Source: Patescibacteria group bacterium
GTDB lineage: Bacteria; Patescibacteriota; Microgenomatia; UBA1400; PJMF01
Reading direction: 5' to 3'
NCBI GenBank assembly: GCA_039714855.1
Contig: JBDLIL010000003.1
Coordinates: forward strand, 1-44,213
Length of the DNA: 44,213 nucleotides
Shown here: piece by piece, positions 8,944-17,140 of the stretch
Layout of the letters: each line of letters begins with the position of its first letter
Position numbering within the stretch: the first letter of the stretch is position 1
Notes under the pieces: model-generated
Told to the model about the DNA's origin: nothing
Database searches by the model: none
The model's input: only the letters and a program-made list of their open reading frames with translations
Position numbers and translations under genes: made by a program

Positions 8944-10296
8944 CTAATCAAACAAGTTTTTTAGTCTGCGCCTCTTGTGCTGATATTTAGAAAATCTATG
9001 AGATTCGTCTCGCACGCGTTGTACTAATTGCAGAGCTGGGTGATTATTGGGTAGTTTTGTTGTTTTGTATTTTATTTTTCCATCTTTAGTTTTTAATGGA
9101 ATTATTATCCTGTCTGGGTTTTTGGCAATGCTGATGACTATTCCCGACCATTGCCAGGCAGATACAGCTGCACGCAATTGCCCCTTTCCTCCGTCAATTA
9201 TGATTAAATCTGGTGTTTTCCACTCGGGATGATTTTGCCTGCGCAATATGACTTCTTTTAACATCTGATAATCATTGGGAGTATTCAGAGTTTTTATGTT
9301 AAACAATTTATACTCACTTTTGTTTGCCTGACCATTTTCAAAAACAACCATAGACACACTAGCTAATTTACCTTGAGTGTTGCTGACGTCATAGCCTTCA
9401 ATGCGGGTTAACTTGTGGGCTGCGGGCAATGGGTAGTGGACACGTAACAGTCTGTTTAGTTGTATTAAAGCTTCTTGTTCAAACATTGGTTTAAGTTGTG
9501 GCAAAGTGATATCTGGTTTTAATCTAAATTTGGGATTTGTAACTTCTTTGATTAAATTTAATTTATCTCGCAATATTGCCGCTTTTTCAAAATTTTGTTT
9601 TTCAGATTCTAGAGCGATATTTTGCTTAATATTTTTAATAACGTTTTTGCTTTTGCCTTTGAGAAATAAAATTAGTTGTTTAATATTATTTTTATAATCT
9701 TCACTGGAGATTTTTCCTATGCATGCGCCAGAGCATTGATTGATATGATAATAAAAGCAAGCTTTGTTTGATTCTGGCTTATCACAAAACTTAAATATTT
9801 TTCTGGCGATTTTTAAAACCTCTTTAAGTTTGTAAGTACTTTGAAAAGGCCCTATTATTGCTCCTTTGTAATCCAAGTTATTTAACTCTTTTTTTCTCAA
9901 AACACTCACTTTGGGAAATTTAGATTTATTAATAAAAATATATATAGGAGATTTATCATCTTTTAGCAAAATGTTAAAGTCTGGCTGATGAGTTCTAATT
10001 AGTTCGGCTTCTATTAGTAGTGCCTCTATTTCGCTGGCTAAAACAGAGTACTTTATTTGTGTTGCAATTTTTACTAAGCGCTTTTTTTCTCTTGGCAATC
10101 TTTTGAGCTGTTTATAAGAAGCAACTCTTTTTTTTATTGATTTTGCTTTGCCAACGTAGAGAATATTATCGTTTTCGTCTGAGAACCAATAAACTCCCGG
10201 CAGTGAGGGTAATGACGATAATGCTGCTGCCCAATAAAGTGAGGGCGACAGGATTGGAGAAGTAGTTGCTGAGTTGGCTGCCTGCCTTGATGTCAT
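8944..10296 (-). CDS. uvrC: Excinuclease ABC subunit C, lacking the C-terminal HhH domain
   Basis: LP..PGVY, LYVGKA, EALL.EA.LI, PDFN..LKDDK, Cys cluster, UVR domain, IEGYDVS, DLIIIDGGKGQL and RDESHRF. Overlaps the upstream gene by 131 bp. Confidence 0.93.
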   Translation of the reverse strand: MTSRQAANSATTSPILSPSLYWAAALSSLPSLPGVYWFSDENDNILYVGKAKSIKKRVASYKQLKRLPREKKRLVKIATQIKYSVLASEIEALLIEAELIRTHQPDFNILLKDDKSPIYIFINKSKFPKVSVLRKKELNNLDYKGAIIGPFQSTYKLKEVLKIARKIFKFCDKPESNKACFYYHINQCSGACIGKISSEDYKNNIKQLILFLKGKSKNVIKNIKQNIALESEKQNFEKAAILRDKLNLIKEVTNPKFRLKPDITLPQLKPMFEQEALIQLNRLLRVHYPLPAAHKLTRIEGYDVSNTQGKLASVSMVVFENGQANKSEYKLFNIKTLNTPNDYQMLKEVILRRQNHPEWKTPDLIIIDGGKGQLRAAVSAWQWSGIVISIAKNPDRIIIPLKTKDGKIKYKTTKLPNNHPALQLVQRVRDESHRFSKYQHKRRRLKNLFD

Positions 10297-12013
10297 AATG
10301 GTAATAGGTATTATTTAACCGTATTGTAAGCGCTTTTTCTGTAGGAAGCGACCAGTTTTTGCTTTGAGCAGAAATTGGCACAGTGATTTGTTGAAAAGGC
10401 AAAAGAGCGTCTATTTTTTCTATGTTACTGTGAATTTGTAGATTGCTATCATCCGAATTTACCCCTAATGGAATTTGATACCAAGCTTGACCAGTGAGAT
10501 TTTGAATTTTTAACGAGTAGCGACCGATCCAAGGAATTTGATAAAAATAATATTGATCTAATGACAATTTAACATCGAAATTGGCTGTGGAGAAATTATC
10601 AGCAAACTGAACCTTTACATCTTTACTATTTTGTTCCTCGAATTTATACGATCCAGCAGGGTATGGTGTTTCGCTAGAATCGCCATTGATGGCAAAAACT
10701 ATATGATTAAGATCGAATTGATCAAAGTAGTTTATGCCTCCGGTAGTGTTTTCCCAAGTGGGATCGACTTGTATCCAAGTGTCTTTTTCATAATCATAAT
10801 ATTCAGGCCAAGTATGCAACACATCTTGAACTAGACTTAAAGGTCTAAGAACATTATTTTGAGTAAAGGCGTAGCCCGTCAATCTTCTAGAAGGTATATT
10901 TTTTGCTCTAGCTAAGCTTACAAAGAGGTCGGTAAATTCTTGACAACTGCTATTTTCAGGATTTTGGATAGTACCCTGAGCACCCAAGCGAATATTTTTG
11001 TTGCCAATCTTTTGATAATTATAGCTCAGAGTATCAACGACATACTTATAAATATCTCTAGCACTATTTTGTTTTTGAGCTAGATTTATAATGTTTTTAT
11101 TATTTGGCCAATATTTTTGCTCTCTAGTATAATTGGAATTTGGAACTACATTGGGATAATCGCCTATGGCATCCAGGCTCACTAGGGTTTGTAAAGTTAG
11201 GTGGACAATTAACTTTTCTTGTGCCTGCAATTGGTAAGAAGCAATCCAGTTGCCATCAGAATCTTTTTCAATTTTTAAAGGTGTAGGATTTAAATCTACA
11301 TAATTCATTTTTTGATATAAGGTATCTGGAGGAAGGGCTATTTGAATAATGCCAGTAGCCTCAGTAGTATTTTCCAGGTTATATCTGAGGCTTAGATCAT
11401 AATATTGTTCACGACCGTAAAAGACTAAAATACTTTCGTCCGTTAAATTATCAAATTTTGTCAAAACATGGGTGTTTTTAGCGATCCAGTCAGAGTTTGC
11501 TGGAGTAGATTTACTTGGTCCACCATATTTAAGCGGAGTTTCTATACTTACTTGATAGTTATCAAATAGATTTTTTTTAGCTAATCTGGGTATGGAAACT
11601 TCTAAAGCGTTTCCACTGACTATGGCAATGTCGGGTGAGTTGTAATTAAGGGTAAAGACTCTTTTTTTACCTTGACCGACGTTTTTATCAGGAAATTTAA
11701 TGCTAATACTGGTTTGATTTGTGGTGTTGACTACATTGGTATCTAGTTTTTTACTTTGTTGAGTAACAACGACATTATCAATTTTATTAGAACCAACTAT
11801 GACGGCGTACTCTTCTATCAAGTATTGCGGACTTTTATTGATAATGGTGAATTCTTGAGAAACTTTAGTAATCCCATTTTCTTGAACGACGTAACTAGCA
11901 TCCAAAGAAATATCAAAATAATCCTGGGAATTATCTGCTTGGGCGAAAACCTTTTGGGAAAAGAGTGGAAAAAGCAAAAAACTGATGATTAGAAAAATTT
12001 TTTTCACTAACAT
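10166..12013 (-). CDS. Secreted, C-terminally anchored transglutaminase-like protein
   Basis: Signal peptide ending VFA. Catalytic triad motifs SCQEFTDLF, LHTWPEYY and WIQVDPTW. C-terminal hydrophobic helix followed by RRKR. Confidence 0.88.
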   Translation of the reverse strand: MLVKKIFLIISFLLFPLFSQKVFAQADNSQDYFDISLDASYVVQENGITKVSQEFTIINKSPQYLIEEYAVIVGSNKIDNVVVTQQSKKLDTNVVNTTNQTSISIKFPDKNVGQGKKRVFTLNYNSPDIAIVSGNALEVSIPRLAKKNLFDNYQVSIETPLKYGGPSKSTPANSDWIAKNTHVLTKFDNLTDESILVFYGREQYYDLSLRYNLENTTEATGIIQIALPPDTLYQKMNYVDLNPTPLKIEKDSDGNWIASYQLQAQEKLIVHLTLQTLVSLDAIGDYPNVVPNSNYTREQKYWPNNKNIINLAQKQNSARDIYKYVVDTLSYNYQKIGNKNIRLGAQGTIQNPENSSCQEFTDLFVSLARAKNIPSRRLTGYAFTQNNVLRPLSLVQDVLHTWPEYYDYEKDTWIQVDPTWENTTGGINYFDQFDLNHIVFAINGDSSETPYPAGSYKFEEQNSKDVKVQFADNFSTANFDVKLSLDQYYFYQIPWIGRYSLKIQNLTGQAWYQIPLGVNSDDSNLQIHSNIEKIDALLPFQQITVPISAQSKNWSLPTEKALTIRLNNTYYHYDIKAGSQLSNYFSNPVALTLLGSSIIVITLTAGSLLVLRRKR

Positions 12014-12094
12014 AGTTTATCAGTAAGAGCTTTCAGATCAAGCCTTGCCTGTAAGATGACGCTGAGTATTTTTTGTAGTATAAATAAGGTATTG

Positions 12095-12817
12095 ATGAAA
12101 AAAAGTAGAATCAGCAAAGAAAATAAAAAATTAATTGTCATTTCGATGATTCCTATCGCTTTACTTCTTGTGGGATTATTGGTTGCTTTATTTCTTGGCT
12201 CTGCTTCACAAGATATTCGTCAACAGGCATCTGGATGTAGCGAAAATCCAGTGAATGTAGAATTTCGTAAATACACCGGTAAAGATGAGCCTGGATGGAA
12301 AGATGGTGTTAAGTTTAAAAATGTTGAAGTTGGTGACAAATTTGATGTTAACTGCTTTGCAAGGAATGGTTCAGCCCTTTTGAGTGCTGGTAAGTTTACC
12401 GTCAAATTGGGAGGAAAACAAACCAGCATTCCTTCATCGGCCTTTAAAACTTCTACGGAAGTCAGGGGTTGGCAAATTGATAAGCCTGGTGCATGGGCAT
12501 TTACTTGTTCTAATAGTAAGGGGTGTAGCAATACTGACACTATCACTGTAATTGGCAAAACTCCTAAAAAAGTTGCTTGTTATACTTACAATGACAAAAA
12601 AGAAGTTTGTACAAAAACAAAAGCCATTTACGAAAAATGTAATACTAATAAGGGTAGGTACCCCACCCTAAAAAAATGTTCTAAGGCTAATTCAAACGAG
12701 GCTAGTGGCAATGATTGTGATACAGCTTACCAGGCAGACATAAATCAAGATTGTCAGGTGGATTTACTTGACTACGATCTTTTCTTAAAGGATTTTCGTG
12801 CCTACTACAGTGAGTAA
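12095..12817 (+). CDS. Surface protein with an N-terminal TM, a Cys-rich region and a C-terminal dockerin-like repeat
   Basis: TM followed by QDIRQQA. C-terminal ADINQDCQVDLLDYDLFLKDF resembles a dockerin Ca-binding loop plus helix. Confidence 0.7.
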   Translation: MKKSRISKENKKLIVISMIPIALLLVGLLVALFLGSASQDIRQQASGCSENPVNVEFRKYTGKDEPGWKDGVKFKNVEVGDKFDVNCFARNGSALLSAGKFTVKLGGKQTSIPSSAFKTSTEVRGWQIDKPGAWAFTCSNSKGCSNTDTITVIGKTPKKVACYTYNDKKEVCTKTKAIYEKCNTNKGRYPTLKKCSKANSNEASGNDCDTAYQADINQDCQVDLLDYDLFLKDFRAYYSE

Positions 12818-14057
12818 AAAAAAATATCCTCACCATCGATTCAAGATTGGACTAATGGTTTTTGCTTTGTCAGTTTTGTTTTTGATCACCTTGGGTTTAC
12901 TTTACCTTCAACTGCGGCAGCTGCAAAATAGGCAAGATATTACTTCAAAAGCAAGTTCACAGTTGGCGCAGATAAAATGGGGTGATGTTTCGAATCAGAG
13001 TGAAAATCAAGATTTCAATATTCCTATTCTTATCAATTCTCAGCAATATAGTTTTTCTGCAATACAAATAAAAGGTAAACTTTACAATATTGCTGCTGAT
13101 AAGGTTACTATAATTCCCCACAACCCAAGCGGTTTGAACTCAGTAATTTCTAAACTTGAACCAGAAAACGGGGCTACTGCTTTCACCCTAATTTATTTTT
13201 CTGACATTGCTGGTTCTTCTCTTTTTTCTACTGTTAATCAGGATGTCAAGCTTGCTGACCTGAGCATTTCAGACTTGAGTGCTGGTAATTATTCAGTTCA
13301 TTTGGATGTTGCTAGCTCGATGATCACTAGTTTTCTTTATCCAAATTTAAGCTTAGAGGCATCAGCAGATCGTTCTTTTACAGTTTCTCATCTTCAAGTT
13401 GGTGGCAGTGATAACAATAAAAAGAATTGCAACCAGAATTGCGCCACTGACACTGAGTGTAAAAGCGAATTTATTTGCTATAAGGGGCGATGTCGGAGTG
13501 ATGAAGATAAAGAAGATGTCAACTGTGTTTTAACTTCAGATGATGGGATCAATCGAGATTGTGATGAATATTGCGCAGACAGTAGTGAGTGCAATAGTGA
13601 GCTAAATTGTTATTACAATCGTTGTCGGAATCCCTTGAATTTGCTATCAGAAGCCTGTGCTTCGCCAACACCTAGACCCACACTTAGCCCAACTACTTAT
13701 GATGGCAAGGGTGGAACTAGTGCAGATTCTTCTACTCCCAAACCTACTTCTATTGCAGCCACCAAGCTTATTATTGATGGTCAAGAATATGGCAAAAACG
13801 CCAGTGCTGCTACTGCGCTCAAGACAAGCCCCAGTCCTTCGCCCAGAGCTTCGGTTACTCCTAGGCCATCACCTAGTTTGAGACCTTCACCATCACCCAC
13901 CATTAGACCCGCCTTAAAACCTGAGTCTCAAGTTTTTGAAGAAGAAAAATCAAGCAACTGGTTGGGAATTTTTATCTTAGTTGCAATTGTTGGGGTGATC
14001 GGGATTGCTGGTTTCATGGCCTTTATAAACTGGAAACCAAAAGCAGATTCTTTTTAG
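12798..14057 (+). CDS. Surface protein with N- and C-terminal TMs, a cohesin-like beta domain, two 6-Cys repeats and a Pro/Ser/Thr linker
   Basis: QDITSKA after the TM. Repeats C-x3-C-x5-C-x5-C-x4-CR-x9-C twice, then SPSPSPR...PSPSPT. The start may be GTG 12810. Confidence 0.72.
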   Translation: MPTTVSKKKYPHHRFKIGLMVFALSVLFLITLGLLYLQLRQLQNRQDITSKASSQLAQIKWGDVSNQSENQDFNIPILINSQQYSFSAIQIKGKLYNIAADKVTIIPHNPSGLNSVISKLEPENGATAFTLIYFSDIAGSSLFSTVNQDVKLADLSISDLSAGNYSVHLDVASSMITSFLYPNLSLEASADRSFTVSHLQVGGSDNNKKNCNQNCATDTECKSEFICYKGRCRSDEDKEDVNCVLTSDDGINRDCDEYCADSSECNSELNCYYNRCRNPLNLLSEACASPTPRPTLSPTTYDGKGGTSADSSTPKPTSIAATKLIIDGQEYGKNASAATALKTSPSPSPRASVTPRPSPSLRPSPSPTIRPALKPESQVFEEEKSSNWLGIFILVAIVGVIGIAGFMAFINWKPKADSF

Positions 14058-17038
14058 TTTTTCTTGCTTTGCATTTTTTGAAATTCTTCTTTCAAATATT
14101 GTCCGGTAAAAGAATTTGGATTTTTGATAACTTGGGTGGGTTTAGCTTCAGCCAGTAGTTCTCCGCCATATTCACCACCCTCAGGTCCCAAGTCTATCAG
14201 CCAATCGGCATTTTTAATTACATCTAAATTGTGTTCGATGACTATGACGGTGTTATTTTGGGCTACCAATTGATGCAAGACGTCTAAGAGTTTTTGCACA
14301 TCATGAAAATGAAGACCGGTAGTAGGTTCATCCAGTAAATAAACAGCATGCTCGTGGTAACGAGTAGAAAGTTCTTTAGCCAGTTTTACACGCTGAGCTT
14401 CCCCTCCACTGAGTGTGGGTGCTGGTTGACCCAAGCGAATATAGCCTAGGCCCACGTCTTGTAGAGTTTGTAATTTTTTTCTTAGCGTACTGTGATTGGC
14501 AAAAAACTTTAGGGCTTCGTCTACACTCATTTGTAATACGTCACTAATAGTTTTAGTTTTGTAACGCACTTCCAAAGTCTCAGCATTGTAGCGCTTGCCT
14601 TCACAAACATCACAGGTGACATAAACATCAGGCAAGAATTGCATTTCGATTTTTAACTGCCCATCACCCTGACAGGTTTCACAGCGACCACCTTTGACAT
14701 TAAAACTAAATCTGCCAATTTTGAAGCCCCTCATCTGCGCATCTCTTGTGTTAGCAAAAACTTTGCGAATATAATCAAAAATTTTGGTATAAGTTGCTGG
14801 ATTGGATCTAGGAGTTTTGCCAATAGGACTTTGGTCAATTAAATTAACTTTCTTAACCTCATCTGGGACCATAAGCTTGGTTATTTTTCCCGGAGATTTG
14901 CTAATTTTTTTGCCTAAAGATTTAGCCAAATGATGATAGAGAGTGTCATGCAGTAAGGTTGATTTACCGCTACCAGAAATACCAGTAATACAAGTGAGGG
15001 TTTTTAGTGGGAAGTCTACATCGATAGATTTAAGATTGTGTTGAGTGGCGCCCTCTATTCTTATCTTACTGCCACTAGCATTTCTTTCTGGCATGGCATC
15101 GGGATCGATTATTTGGCGTTTGCCATTAGACACGCCATGGCGTGTCTCTACGTCTAGCTTGCGCTTCAAATATTTACCAGTTAAAGATCTGCGTGATGCC
15201 ATGATTTTTTCTGGACTCCCTTCGGCAACTAATTCGCCACCTTTTTCCCCTGCCAGTGGTCCAAAGTCTACTATATGATCGCTAGAAAGCATCAGATCTC
15301 TATCGTGCTCTACTACTATTACAGTGTTGCCTTTGTCTCTTAGCTGTTTAAGGGTGCTTATGAGTCTATCGTTGTCTCTTTGGTGGAGGCCAATGGTTGG
15401 TTCATCCAGAATATAAAGTACACCAGTGAGGCCAGTGCCAATTTGTGAGGCCAATCTAATACGTTGAGCTTCGCCACCGGCTAAGGTGCTGGCTTCACGA
15501 TTCAAACTTAAATAATTTAAACCCACTGCATTTAAAAAGCTTAGTCGTGAGGTAATTTCTTTAAGAATAGGTTTGCTAATAATCTTTTCTTTTTCACTTA
15601 AGATATTTTTATTAACTATTTCCTCTACCCACTTCAAACTTCTATTAATAGTCAAACTAGTAATTTTTGCAATATTAGTGTTATTAATATGCACGGCTAA
15701 AGCTTCATCTTTTAGTCGTGTGCCGTCGCAAGATTCACATTTTTGCCTCATCATATACTGTCCAATCTCTTTGCGCATATATTCGCTATCCGTCTCAGCA
15801 TAGCGGCGTTCTAAATTTTTGATAAAACCCTCAAACTTTTGATGAATTACAGTTTCTTTGCCATATCTATTAGTGCCACGCACTTCATAAACTTTATCAG
15901 AGCCGTAAAGTAATATATTTTGAGTTTCTGAATTCATGTCAAAAAAAGCAGTTTTTCTGAAATCAAAGCCGGAGTCATCTATAACTTCTCTCACTAGTCG
16001 TGACCACCAGCTATCATTGCCCATAACTCGTGCAAAAGGCACAATGGCGCCCTCACTAAGAGTGAGTGCCGGAGCAATAATTTTTTCTTTATCGATTTTT
16101 AAAATGGATCCTAAACCATTGCAGCTAGGACAAGCTCCGTGTGGTGAGTTAAAAGAAAATAATCTTGGTTCCAATTCACTGATAGAAATGCCACAATAAC
16201 TACAAGCTAATTTTTCGCTAAATAATCTATCCTCGTAATTTGTGGGATTATCTGGAAAGTTAAGTGAATCATCTTGAATATAAGAAACTGTTACAAAGCC
16301 GTCAGATAATTTTAAGGACTCTTCAATAGATTGAACTAGTCTGCTGCGCAAAGTTTTTCGTTCACTAGCATTTCTTAGTTGTTTTTTGGAAGTCACTAGC
16401 CTATCAAGTACCACACTAATGGTATGTTTATTAGTTTTTATAAGTGAGATATTAGAATCAACATCATAAAATTTATTATCTATTCGCAGTCGCTGGTAGC
16501 CCTTTTTTTGCAGGTTTTCAAAAAGTTGCTGAAATTCACCTTTTCTATCTCGCACTATGGGTGAGAGAATCATGAACCTGGTAACTTGACTGTTAGCTCG
16601 CTTATCTAGATCTTCTAATACATGATTAACTATTTGATCCACACTTTGAGTGCTGACTTCCCTACCGCAATCGGGACAATGTGGATGACCAACTCTAGCA
16701 AATAATAATCTTAAGTAGTCATAGATCTCGGTAATAGTACCGACAGTAGATCTAGGATTATGAGAAGTAGTTTTTTGATCTATGGATATAGCTGGTGATA
16801 AACCTTCGATGTGATCTACATCAGGTTTATTCATGACACCAAGAAATTGCCTGGCGTAAGAGCTAAGGCTTTCTACGTATCTGCGCTGACCCTCAGCATA
16901 CAAAGTATCAAATGCCAATGAGCTCTTGCCACTGCCAGAGATACCAGTAAAAACCACTAGTTTATTCTTGGGAATCTCGAGATTTAAATCTTTGAGATTG
17001 TGTTGACGAGCGCCTTTGATTTTTATTGAATTTGTCAT
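14054..17038 (-). CDS. uvrA: Excinuclease ABC subunit A
   Basis: GARQHNLK, two GISGSGKS P-loops, zinc fingers and LSGGEAQR motifs. Start moved to ATG 17038 because the upstream extension reads through a palindromic repeat. Confidence 0.98.
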   Translation of the reverse strand: MTNSIKIKGARQHNLKDLNLEIPKNKLVVFTGISGSGKSSLAFDTLYAEGQRRYVESLSSYARQFLGVMNKPDVDHIEGLSPAISIDQKTTSHNPRSTVGTITEIYDYLRLLFARVGHPHCPDCGREVSTQSVDQIVNHVLEDLDKRANSQVTRFMILSPIVRDRKGEFQQLFENLQKKGYQRLRIDNKFYDVDSNISLIKTNKHTISVVLDRLVTSKKQLRNASERKTLRSRLVQSIEESLKLSDGFVTVSYIQDDSLNFPDNPTNYEDRLFSEKLACSYCGISISELEPRLFSFNSPHGACPSCNGLGSILKIDKEKIIAPALTLSEGAIVPFARVMGNDSWWSRLVREVIDDSGFDFRKTAFFDMNSETQNILLYGSDKVYEVRGTNRYGKETVIHQKFEGFIKNLERRYAETDSEYMRKEIGQYMMRQKCESCDGTRLKDEALAVHINNTNIAKITSLTINRSLKWVEEIVNKNILSEKEKIISKPILKEITSRLSFLNAVGLNYLSLNREASTLAGGEAQRIRLASQIGTGLTGVLYILDEPTIGLHQRDNDRLISTLKQLRDKGNTVIVVEHDRDLMLSSDHIVDFGPLAGEKGGELVAEGSPEKIMASRRSLTGKYLKRKLDVETRHGVSNGKRQIIDPDAMPERNASGSKIRIEGATQHNLKSIDVDFPLKTLTCITGISGSGKSTLLHDTLYHHLAKSLGKKISKSPGKITKLMVPDEVKKVNLIDQSPIGKTPRSNPATYTKIFDYIRKVFANTRDAQMRGFKIGRFSFNVKGGRCETCQGDGQLKIEMQFLPDVYVTCDVCEGKRYNAETLEVRYKTKTISDVLQMSVDEALKFFANHSTLRKKLQTLQDVGLGYIRLGQPAPTLSGGEAQRVKLAKELSTRYHEHAVYLLDEPTTGLHFHDVQKLLDVLHQLVAQNNTVIVIEHNLDVIKNADWLIDLGPEGGEYGGELLAEAKPTQVIKNPNSFTGQYLKEEFQKMQSKKN
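15127..15151 (-). repeat. GTAG-type REP inserted in-frame in uvrA (encodes VETRHGVS)
   Basis: Minus strand GTAGAGACACGCCATGGCGTGTCTA, with a perfect 20-bp palindrome at 15128-15147. Confidence 0.8.
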
Positions 17039-17061
17039 AAATAACTTGTTTGTAATAAACC

Positions 17062-17108
17062 AGATTTCTCCTCCAAAGGCGGACAGGCTCTCCAATTCTG
17101 GAGAGGGA
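17062..17108. repeat. Composite palindromic element, copy 1
   Basis: The 29 bp at 17067-17095 are identical to 20273-20301. Confidence 0.85.
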
Positions 17109-17140
17109 TTAAACGAATGTTTATTCTACCTTGTTTGGGG

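Noticed and set aside
17039-17095. N-terminal extension of UvrA (MESLSAFGGEIWF...)
   Set aside because: It is a TTG-started read-through of a palindromic repeat. ATG 17038 fits the family start.
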